From the NCBI RefSeq assembly GCF_020745735.1, contig NC_083412.1, positions 36,273,181-36,337,180 of the forward strand: a stretch of DNA of 64,000 nucleotides. Reading direction: 5' to 3'. Positions 38,868 through 49,850 of this stretch are shown piece after piece. This DNA comes from Hemiscyllium ocellatum (Eukaryota). The notes under the pieces were generated by a model. It did no database searches. It worked only from the letters and a program-made list of their open reading frames with translations, and had not been told where the DNA came from. The stretch's first letter is position 1, and each line of letters opens with the position of its first letter. A program made the position numbers and the translations under genes.

Positions 38868-38969
38868 GTACAGTATATCATGATTACATGAACATTTTCT
38901 TGTTTTATTTTGCTTTCATAACCATGAAGTGGCATCATGAAGATAATTTTCTTTTGTAATTTGTTTTAG

Positions 38970-39132
38970 AAAGTTGAGATACACAACACTTCCTCCAAAG
39001 AAATAAAGTGGTTGTTTGATTTGGACAGTCAACAAAATTCTACCCTCGAAGATGGCACTTTTAGAATCTTTAATTACTGTGGAAATATTAAACCAGGTGA
39101 AAGGCATTGCATTACAATAGGCTTTTGCACAC
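38970..39132 (+). CDS. cfap47: CFAP47 exon 11
   Basis: ttttag| ... c|gtaagt; KVEIHNTSSKEIKWLFDLDSQQNSTLEDGTFRIFNYCGNIKPGERHCITIGFCT (human DGTFKF...ISFCP). Confidence 0.9.
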
Positions 39133-39256
39133 GTAAGTTTTTACAGTAAAATTCATTTAAAAATTTTCTGTAGTAGCTATCAACAAGATATATTTGGTTT
39201 TTAGCTGGTGCTGATGGGTCAATTCTCTTGCACAATTACCTGATACAATTTCAAAA

Positions 39257-39331
39257 CCTGTTGGACTATAACCTGGTGTTGTGTGATTTTTAACTTTGTA
39301 CACCCCAGTTCAACACTGACATCTCCAAATC
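39257..39331 (+). mobile_element. Truncated copy of the 30806 repeat family (HHR absent)
   Basis: cctgttggactataacctggtgttgtgtgatttttaac; 12-bp TSD acaatttcaaaa. Confidence 0.8.
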
Positions 39332-39449
39332 ACAATTTCAAAAATAGTTGTTTCAGTATGTTTTCATTGAATATGAATTCATCGATTTGATCTCTTTTAT
39401 TTATCTTGAGGAAAACTTTATATTTTGTATTTAAATAGTTGTTTTGCAG

Positions 39450-39665
39450 TCCTTGTAGTTGGCGAGACAGCTAGTTTGCAATGCAGAGTGATGCCAACAG
39501 CATGTGTTCAATTCCCACTCTGGCTCAGGATAATGTGAAGGTCCCAGTTTCTTGACTTCACCCTCACCTGAAGTGCGATAACTCTCAGATTAAAATCATA
39601 ACCAGTCACCTCTCTCTAATGAGAGAGTAGCCCTATGGTCCTTTGGGACTATGGTGAATTTATTG
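39450..39665 (+). mobile_element. tRNA-derived SINE (other family)
   Basis: Eroded A box, gttcaattccc B box; ctctctctaatgagagag hairpin in tail. Confidence 0.5.
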
Positions 39666-40976
39666 ATCTAGTAGTATGAAGTTTGCTGCTTTAAGACAAA
39701 CTGTAAACAGTTAAATGCTCACAAAAAATACCACCTGGTGGAGAAGAGGACTTACCATCATGACAGTTTCAAAATTCTACCATATCCAATATTAAATGAC
39801 AAAGAAAATACTGACTGACGTTGAATTGAATGTCTTTCAATATAGTAGGATCTTTCATCATTTTCAGTACACTATATAAACAACATACCTGCAATATATC
39901 AGATATTGTCTATAAGTTTAATATGTCTACCTCCATCAGGAATATGTTACTGAAAATATTTTACACATATCAATCCCCTCCTATCTGTTTTAATTCAGCA
40001 AGAATGCATTTACTTTTGTTTTAGTTTTCATAATTTAGAGCCATAAATTCTAGAACACCTTTTGTTAGTCTCTGAACTTTCTCCATGTGGAACTGATGAC
40101 TTGAATATAGGGGCATGAGATTGTGCTCCATAATTCTGCTGCAAACTATGGAAACCCTGAAGTACAAAATGCTGTGCACTATACTTCTAGTCAGGACTAG
40201 TGTAGCCCGCAGTGTGTCCCATACAAGCATGGTATGAGCACCAGGAGCATTTGATGCCAGCAGAATTGTGACATCAATCAACCATTTCAGTTGATTTGAC
40301 ATGTCTTTGAAACTTGTGCTGCGTGTGTCCACTGAATTTTATTTGGTCTCAGCTCAACATGCTTTTAGCTGCAAAAGGAATTCACCCACAGACTTCAATA
40401 TTTGGTTGAATTTTTTTTTGACTCCTGATGTTGAAACGCTTGTGAAGGAATTATGGAATATTTTGAAGGGGTTACATTAACTGGACTTGTTGCTGCATCC
40501 TTACAGGGAGGGCAGGAAATTTGTTAACATGTTCACGGGAAGGCTAAAATAACCATTATTGCTGTTCATGTCTCAGTCTGCAACATGACAGACAAATGAT
40601 ACAGAAACTGCACATAGGCAAAGCTGGATATAAGAGGCTTCTCTACAAAAGGCCTTACTCACTGAGGGTTTTCAGGGTCTGCTGCTCCCAGCTTCACCCC
40701 ATTTAAGAATTTGAGGACATGAGATTCAGTAAGATGGTAGTCACATAGCTGCTGTCTCCTTCAACAGCATCTGCAGTCTCACACTAGGATAATGTTCTGA
40801 AGGTATAGGTTCACATCTCACCATTGCAGCTCATGGAACTTAAATTTAATTCATAAATTTGGAATATAAAGCTATTCCCAGTAAGAGTGGCTATGACAAT
40901 TGCCATTGAATGTTATTAAGACTACTTGGTTCAGTAGTTTCTTTTTAGGGAAATAAATCTGCTATCCTTATCTAAT

Positions 40977-42594
40977 GAGAGTCCTCACCCTCAATAACTT
41001 TTCCTTTAACTCCTCCCATTTCCTCCAAAACAAGGGGGTGGCCACGGGTACCCAGATGGGCCCCAGTTACATTTGCCTCTTTATCAGCTATATTGAATAG
41101 TCTGTCTTCATCACTTACACAGGCACTGTGCCCCAACTCTTCTGCTGTTATATTGTTGACTGCATCGGTGTAGCGTCCTGCACCCAGGCTGAAATGGAGC
41201 AGTTCATCAACTTCGCCCACCACTTCCATCCTGCCCTCAAATTCACTTAGTCCATCTCTGACACCTCCCTCCTCTTTCTTGACCTCACCACTTCCATCTC
41301 CAGCAATAGTCTCCAGATGGATGTCTACTATAAACCTACAGACTCCCATAACTACCTGGACTGTACCTCCTCCCACCCAGTATCCTGCAAGAACTCCATT
41401 CTATTCTCCCAATTCCTCTGCCTCTGCCGCATCTACTTGGATGGGGAGACATTCCATTCCCAAGCATCCAAGATGTCCACCTAGTTTGAACAACATGCGC
41501 TTCCTCCCCCTGTCACCCAAACAGCCCTACGCTGCACTACCTCCATTCCCTGTTTCACTGATCGAACACCCCACGAACTCCATAAGGACAGAGTCCCCCT
41601 TGTCCTTCCCACCACCCCACCAGTCTCCACATCCAACATATCATCCTCAAACACTTCTACCTCCAAGAACGGCATGTTGGCACAGTGGTTAGCACTGCTG
41701 CCTCACAGCGCCAGAGGCCCGGGTTCAATTCCTGCCTTTCAGGCAACTGACTGTGTGGAGTTTGCACGTTCTCCCTGTGCCTGCGTGGGTTTCCTCCGGG
41801 TGCTCCGGTTTCCTCCCACAGTCTAAAGATGTGCGGGTCAGGTGAATTGGCCATGCTAAATTGCCCGTAGTGTTAGATAAGGGGTAAATGCAGGGGTATG
41901 GGTGGGTTGCGCTTCGGCGGGTCGGTGTGGACTTGTTGAGCCGAAGGGCCTGTTTCCACACTGTAAGTAATCTAATCTAACTTCAAAAAAAATTCTTCTC
42001 CTCCCTACCCCTCTCAGCCCACCCCTTCCAACCTAGTTTACTGCATCAGGTACTCCTGATGTGGTCTTCTATACATCGGAGAGACTGAATGTAAACTTAG
42101 GGAACAGCTTATTGATCATCACAGCTGGGTCCACAGCCGATCGGATATCTCAGTCACTGCCCATTTCAATTCCCCCAACCACTCCCTTTCCAACATGACC
42201 ATCCTTGTCCTCCTCCATTGCCAAAACAACCACTGCGTCTATTGGAGGAATAACACCTCACCTTCTGCCTGGGCACTCTACAGCCCAGAGGATTCAACAT
42301 TGTGTTCTCCAATTTCAAATAACTTCCCTCCTCATCCCCCAACTCCCTTCCCAGTCCCTCCCCCTTTTGCCAATGCTCCCTGCCACCAATCAGATTCATT
42401 CCTCCCATTGACCCTCAACCAGCTCGTACCCTCTATCTGTCTTCAACTATCCTTACTTCACCACCCTGCCGCCACCTCCCCCTTTATCTGCAGCTCCCCC
42501 CATACCCACCCCCAGTCCTGGCTTGCTGTGTTCTTCCAGCCTCCTGCCTCTCTACTTTGGATTCCAGCATCTACAGTTTTTTAAAAAATCTCTA
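40977..42594 (+). mobile_element. Neptune-type PLE (RT C-half, GIY-YIG remnant, pLTR) inserted in a Deu-type SINE
   Basis: 13-bp TSD atccttatctaat (40964-40976, 42595-42607); LTLNNFSFNSSHFLQ..GTQMGPSY..DVYYKPTDSHNYL; YIGET. Confidence 0.85.
41671..41980 (+). mobile_element. HE1-type SINE nested in PLE
   Basis: A/B boxes, (taatc)n tail. Confidence 0.9.
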
Positions 42595-42725
42595 ATCCTT
42601 ATCTAATCTGGCCTAAACATGACTTATAGTCATTTCTGAAATGGCCAGCAAGTCACTCAGTTATGAATAGGCAACAATTTGACACTCCACGACAGAAGTA
42701 AAACAACTAACAGCTGTGCTGGAGA

Positions 42726-43480
42726 AGCACAGCAGTTCAGGCAGCATCCGAGGAGCAGGAAGATCGACGTTTTGGGCAAAAGGCGTCCAGTCTCCCCAAT
42801 GCAGAGGAGACCATCAAAGTTTTACTTGCACGCCCACCAATGTAATTTATTGTATCCGTTACCCCTGATGTGGTCTCCTCTACATTGGGGAGACTGGAAG
42901 CCTCCTATTAGAGTGCTTTAGGGAACATCTATGGGACTTGCGTACCAATCAACCACACCGCCCTGTGGCCCAACATTTCAACTCACCTCCCAGTCTGCTG
43001 AGGACATGGAGGTCCTGGGCCTCCTTCACCGCCGCTCCCTCACCACCCGACGCCTGGAGGAAGAACGCCTCATCCTCTGCCTCGGAACACTTCAACCCCA
43101 GGGCATCAATGTGGACTTCACCAGTTTCCTCATTTCCTCTTCCCCCACCTCGCCCCAGTTCCAAACTTCCAGCTCAGCACTGTCCCCATGACTTGTCGTA
43201 CCTGCCTATCTTCCTTTCCATCTATCCACTCCATCCTCCTCTCTGACCTATCACCTTCATCCCACCCCCATTCACCCATTGCACTCTTTGCTACCTTCCT
43301 CCATCCTCCTCTCTTTTATCTCTCCACCCTGCCTGTATTCCTGATGAAGGGCTTTTGCCCGAAATGTCGATTTTCCTGCTCCTCAGATGCTGCTTGAACT
43401 GCTGTGCTTTTCCAGCACCACTCTAATCCAGAATCTGGTTTCCAGCATCTGCAGTCATTGTTTTTATTCTGTTTTTACCT
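42726..43480 (+). mobile_element. Neptune-type PLE 3' fragment with inverted 5' pLTR piece and HHR core at 43341-43368
   Basis: TSD agctgtgctggaga (42712-42725, 43481-43494); GLLYIGET, VAQHFNSP, RRLEEERLI..GTLQPQGINVDF; CTGATGA-a-GGGC-tttt-GCCC-GAAA-tgtc. Confidence 0.9.
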
Positions 43481-43495
43481 AGCTGTGCTGGAGAG

Positions 43496-43603
43496 TTCAC
43501 TGAAATTCTTTTGAGTGAGGTAAACAAATTAAAGTAATCCAAGTAGATTATATCTACTGGATGACCTTCGTTTATTTACCTCATTCAAAAGAATTTCAAT
43601 GAA
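43496..43603. repeat. 108-nt imperfect inverted repeat
   Basis: tgaaattcttttgagtgaggtaaa..atccaagtagat / atctactggat..tttacctcattcaaaagaatttca. Confidence 0.85.
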
Positions 43604-43947
43604 AATTGACATAGTCACTCTTACTGGGAATAGGCCTTATATTCCAAATTTATTTAATTGTGTATAAGTTTCATGAGCTGCAATGGTGAGATTTTAACCC
43701 ATATCCCCAGAACCATTAGTGCAACACACTAGGTTATTCATCTAGTGACATTGCCACTATGCTACCATCACTCCCTACAGCTAAATTGAATTTAACTTTC
43801 ACTCTGTAGTCACCTGATATTTTGAATAAATTTTAAAGTTTGCTAATCGCTCTGTGGAGAGTGATGTTAAGAGTGGGGTGGTTGGGCGTTGTACTTTAAG
43901 GACCCACAAATATTTGTACATTATTTCTGTGCTTGTCTACTTTTCAG

Positions 43948-44146
43948 AGTGCCCAGGCAAATACAGATGTGAAATACCTATGTTTATTAATGAGGACAGA
44001 ATTAGCCCATATCGAGTAATTACTTTGATTGGTGTTATACACATCCCAAAATTGTTCATCGATCCCCCCTTTGTGATCTTGAACCCAGTTCCTCTGGGCA
44101 CGGAGATATCAGCAACAGTCCAAATTACTTGTTTGGACTATCTAAG
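43948..44146 (+). CDS. cfap47: CFAP47 exon 12
   Basis: ttttcag| ... ag|gttgga; QCPGKYRCEIPMFINEDRISPYRVITLIGVIHIPKLFIDPPFVILNPVPLGTEISATVQITCLDYL (human FDPPFIFFTPVPL). Confidence 0.93.
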
Positions 44147-46431
44147 GTTGGATTTTAATTTATATTCCTTTAATTTGTTCAACTTTGAGCATGAATCTAA
44201 GCATGATTTGTGTTATTATTTTACCATTGACTTCATCAGATGACAAAGGAACTATTAGAAAAGAAACTTAAGATAAAGAGAAAATCTGAGAGCACCTGAG
44301 ATTTGAAATAAATATTTCAATATTTACAAGAGATATAATTAATGTTTTGCATGCATGCAGTTATCATGTTTACCTTGGTTTGCTCTTTGAAAGTTTTAAG
44401 GATCTGTTTTGTATATGGGACTCTGTTTATGTAGTGAAATATTTCAGGGTGACCAGGAATAAATAGATGATTATAATATAATTTGGCAGTCCCTCATGTG
44501 ACATTTATAACCACCTTTTACAGATTCTGATGCTATTGCTTACTTCTAACAATTCATAATTGATCTTCAAAATCTGGCGATGCCTTAACTTTTTGCAAAC
44601 AAACTAAATTTGTGTCATAAATTTGAGCTATGATTATTTTGGTAACATTTGATTATAGATAAAATCTTTGAACTCGTGTCACAATTTCAACCATTTGTTG
44701 GTAATCAGTTGAATCATGCAAAACATTTTTTTAGAAATGAAAATTCTGTAATTCAACCCTCTTATGCCTGAAAAATTACATGTTTTCATAAAAACATTGT
44801 ATTTTCATAACTTTAATTGTTACATTTTTGGGGGAGGAGCTTGGTTGTTTGATATCTTGATTCATTTATTTACTTGCAAAATGTAGCCCGTGCCATGGAT
44901 CCATGATTAGACTTCTCCAGTTTGATTAATCTGTTAGTGGCAGATGAAGTAAAATTAACTTGGCACTTTTTTTTCCAAAAGGAAAGTCATGTATATTAAA
45001 AAAAAGCTACTTGTTATATCTACTTGTATTCTTCAGATTTCAAGCACTCTAACTGTTGTAGAACAGATGCAGCCAAACAGAGGCAGAAGAAGGGAAATAG
45101 ATTGTAGTGTTATGAACAGTATTGTTTGCTCTTCCTCTCTTTCCATAGCTGACTAACACAGATCTACCTCTTCTTCCACTCTACCTCATCTTTAGGTTCT
45201 ATCTTTTGTCCTTTATCTTCCATCATTAACTCACCTGTGTTTCCAACTAAATTACCAACTAACATATAAAGCTTTTCAGCGATAGTGCAATTATACCAAA
45301 CAGTGAAGGAAAGGTAGGGAGAGAGGGAAGGGACTAAATCAAAATGGAATTTGAGGGGGAAACAAGGCACTTCACCCATTACGGTGCCCACACTTCTTCC
45401 AACTCAAATTAATTTTCCCCCACTCCACAGAGTTCTCAAAATCTGGGAACCCCACTCAAGGTCAGCCAAAATTCACAATCAATCCCCAGTCTTCCTAAAC
45501 CGAACACTATCCTTAGGCAAATTGTCTTTCTTCATCCGCCCTCTGATTTAATCCCTTCGTTAATTCCTTTCTTTGAAGAACTTGATTGCTTGTTTTGTAT
45601 CTTCTTTCTTGGTTTGGAACTATATTCTTGACATGGAGGCAGGAAACAGGAGTTGTTTCCTTTAGTCAGAAATCAGTGGAAAACCGACTAAAGTTAAGAT
45701 TTTTGAAGGGGTGATCCCTTAATTGATAAGAGAATGCATTTCTTGCCCATTAGCGTCAGTGGAACTGGAAAAACAATGGATAACATGCATGTGGGACTCA
45801 TTTAGACACCCCAGAACAGTCTTCACTGAGGCTGCTTGTCCTGATGGATATTCTGTGGTCTATGCTTAAGCCTTCTGCAGAACCAGAGGGAAGTAAGATG
45901 TCGGAGTGGAGCAGAAGATATGGGTTCCAGGGCAGGATAGCCAAATGCTTCATCCTGCCAATTTAGATTGCCCAATGAGGGAGAGAAGAGCAGGAGGAGG
46001 CGTGCTGCAGAGTCGTGTCCCCCTGGGCTTAAGTTCCACCTGCTCCAAAGATGTGTAATGACATCTCTCAACAGATTGATTAGAAAACATCTACGCTGTT
46101 CATTTTTGTCAGGGCTGGCATTAATGCCTCAAATGAAATTCTGCACCCATTGTTCTTTCCAAGTTCTCCTCTCTCTGTTCCCATTTTCGGGGGGTCGTGA
46201 AAATCCAGCCCTTAATGTTCTATTCAATGTTACAAAACTCTGTGGAGTATCTTGCCAAAAGCATCTTCCCCCCTTCCATTTCAATAAGTGGATCGGGTTG
46301 CTGTTGTTGTTCTGAGAATTGGCGGATGTGGTCCTTAGACGAGGAATATCTGTAATCACTGGATTTTAAAACAAAAATCCATAATCAGTTCGTTCACAAA
46401 AAGCTTTCTAACCAAGTAATTAAAAATGTTC

Positions 46432-46637
46432 AAATAAAAGTACAATATTGTGGCTGTTGAAATCTAAACTAAAAGCAGAAAGTGCTGGAGAAATCCAGCA
46501 GGTAGAGTATCTATTGGGAGAAACAGTTTAAAATCTAAAGATACTGGAGTTATTTGACTTGAAAGATTAGCTCTGTTTTTGTCTCCACAGATACTGCCAA
46601 ATGTGCTGAGTTTCTCTAGTACTTTCTGTTTTTATTA
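46432..46637. mobile_element. Old fold-back PLE-pLTR element
   Basis: cagaaagtgctggagaaa / tttctctagtactttctg inverted arms. Confidence 0.6.
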
Positions 46638-47093
46638 TTAAAATGTTGCTGTGCAAGTGGATTCCCCATTATCGTTCATTGGCAAGGTAGGTGGACCACA
46701 ATACCTATGCACGTTGGTGGCAACATTCGGACACACAGCTTCTCCTAAAAAAATACTTTATGCAGATTTTATTTATCCCTTGTTGAAGTAAAAATATTTA
46801 AATTCATTAATAAAATTCAAGCATAATGTTTATTTTAAGAAAAGCATTCAGTCCTCATTACAGGTTAATTGAGTCAAAAAGTGCACAGAATGAATTCGAT
46901 AAAAACAGTTGAGTGAAAGAAAAATAACTGCTGTCTACAAGGAAGTGAAATGAGATTTCATGACTTTCAACCAACTCTTGCTCTAGAAGGTCAATGGATT
47001 TTTACTGCATGGTAAAACTGCAATTTCCTCCCATTATTTCTGATGGAACACTTTCTCAAAATTGGATATAATTCCATGTCAATGACGCTGACA

Positions 47094-49850
47094 CAGAGTC
47101 ATAGAGATGTACATCATGGAAAAAGACCCTTTGGTCCAACTTGTCCATGCCAACCGGATATCTTAATCTAATCTAGTCTCATTTGCCAACATTTGGCCCA
47201 AATCCCTCTAAACCCTTCCCATTCAGATACCCATCCAGATGCCTTTTAAATGCTGTAATTGTACGAGCCTCCACCACTTCCTTCAGCAGCTCATTCCATA
47301 CATGCACCACTCTTTGAGTGAAAAAGTTGCCCCTTAGATCCCTTTTAAATTTTTCCCTCTCACCCTAAACCTGTGCCCTCTAGTTCTGGACTCCCCCACC
47401 CCGGAGAAAAGATGTTGACTCTTAAGCATTTTCATGCTGCTCATGATTTTATAAACCTCTATAAGGTCACACCCCAGCCTCCGATGACGAGGGAAAACAT
47501 CCACAGCCTATTCACCCTCTCTTTATAGCTCAAAACCTCCATCTCTGGTAACATACTTGTAAATCTTTTCTGCACCCTTTCGAGTTTCACAACATCTTTC
47601 CAATAGAAGGGAGACCATAAGTGGCCTAACCAATGTCCTGCACAACTGCAACATAACCTCCCAATCCTATACTCAGTGCTCTGACCAGTAAAGGCAAGCA
47701 TGCTAAACACCTTCTTTACTATCCTACCTACCTGTGATGCTAATTTCACAGAGCTATGAACCTGTACTCCAAGGTCTCTTTGTTTAGCAACACTCTCCAG
47801 GACCTTACAGTTAAGTGTTTAAGTCCTGCCTGATTTGCCTTTCCAAATTGTAGCACCTCACATTTATCAAAATTAAACTCCATCTGCCACTCCTCGGCCC
47901 ACTGGCCCTTCTGATCAAGATCCCATTGTACTCTGAGGTAACATTCTTTGCTGTCCACTACAGCACAAATTTAGATGTCATCTGCAAACTTACTAATTAT
48001 ATCTCCGTATCCAAATCATTTATATAAATGACAAAAAGCACTGATTCTTATGGTACACCACTGGTCACAGGCTGCCAGTCTGAAAAGCAACCCTCCTCCA
48101 GCACCCTCTGTCTTCTACCTTTGAGCTAGTTCTGTACCCAAATAGTTAGTTCTCTCTGTATTCCATGAGATCTAACCTTGCTAACCAGTCTACAATGAAG
48201 AACCTTGTCAAACACCTTACTGAAGTCCATATAGATCACGTCCACCACCCTGCCTTCATCAATCCTCTTTGTTACCTCTTCAAGAAACTCAATCAAGTTT
48301 GTGAGACATGATTTCCCATGCACAAACCCATGCTGACTATTCCTAATCAGTCCTTACGTTTCCACATATATGTAAATCCCTTCCCTCAGGATTCCCTCCA
48401 ACCACTTGCCCACCACCAATGCCAGGCTCAATTGTCTATAGTTCCCTGACTTTTCCTTATCACCTTTCTTAAATAGTGGCACCATGTTAACCAATCTCCA
48501 GTCTTCCGGCACCTCACCTGTGACTACTGATGATATGAATATCTCTTGATTGCAAGGGCCCAGCAATCACTTCCCTAGCTTCTCATAGAGTTCTAGCATG
48601 CACCTGATTAGGCCCTGGGGATTTAGCCCCCTTTATGCATTTTTTTTAGATTAGATTACTTACAGTGTGGAAACAGGCCCTTCGGCCCAACAAGTCCACA
48701 CCAACCCACCGAAGCACAACCCACCCAGACCCATTCCCCAACATTTACCCCTTCACCTAACACTACTGGCAATTTAGCATGGCCAATTCACCTAACCTGC
48801 ACATTTTTGGACTGTGGGAGGAAACTGGAGCACCCAGAGGAAACGCACGAAGACACAGGGAGAATGTGCAAACTCCACACAGTCGGTCGCCTGAGGCTGT
48901 AATTGAGCCTGGGTCTCTGGCGCTGTGAGGCAGCAGTGCTAACCACTGTGCCACTGTCCCACACCTCCTCCTCAGTAATATGGACATATTTCAAGATGCC
49001 ACTAGCTATTCTCCACATTGTATATCTTCCATGTCCTTATCCATAGTAAACACTAATGCAACATGCTCATTTTGTATCTCCCCATCTCCTGCGGTTCCAC
49101 ACATAGGCTGCCTTATTGATCTTTGAGGGGCCCTATTCTATCCCATGTTACCCTTAATGTTTTTATAGAATACCTTTGGATTCTCCTAAACGCTATTTGC
49201 CAAAGCTATCTTATGTCCCCTTTATGTACATCTGATTCCCTCTTAAGTATACTCATGTAGGAGTATACTATCTCTGGATTCTTGTTACCTCATTTCTAAA
49301 GCTTCCCATTTTCCAGCCGTCACTTTACCTGTGAACATTTGCCCCCAATCAACTTTTGAAAGTCCTTGCCTCATACCATCAAAATTGGCCTTTCTCCAAT
49401 TTAGAACTTGAAGTTTTAGATTCCGTCCCTCCTTTTCCATCACACTTTTAAAACTAATAGAATTATAGTCGCTGTCCCCAAAGTCCCCCACTGACTCCTC
49501 AGTCACCTGCCCTGCCTTATTTCCCAACAGTAGGTCAATTTTTGCACCTTCTCTAGTAGGTGCATCCGTATACTGAATCAGAATTTTTTTTTGTACACAC
49601 TTGACAAATTTCTCTCCATCTAAACCCTTAACACAATGGCAGTCCCAGTCTATATTTGGAAAGTTAAAAACCCCTACCATAACCACCCTATTATCCTTAC
49701 AGATTGCTCAGATCTCCTTACAGATTTGTTTCTCAATTTCCTGCTGATTATTGGGTGGTCTATAATAAAATCACAAAATAGTGATCATCTCTTTTATATT
49801 TCTCAGTTCTACCCAAATATTCCCAGAATACCCTTAAGTAGTGCTGTAAT
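47094..49850 (-). mobile_element. CR1 LINE ORF2 (EN-RT) and 3' end
   Basis: GVFNFPNIDW; PLFKKG..GNYR; KSCLTNLIEF..YMDFSKVFDKV; FADD; LERVQKRFT. Confidence 0.92.
48646..48960 (-). mobile_element. HE1-type SINE nested in CR1
   Basis: A/B boxes and (taatc)n tail on minus strand. Confidence 0.9.

Noticed and set aside
45120-46380. Possible L1/Tx1 ORF1 relic on the minus strand
   Set aside because: Only a vague LLFPA..FQT..AIKFF resemblance amid many stops; not supportable without a profile search.
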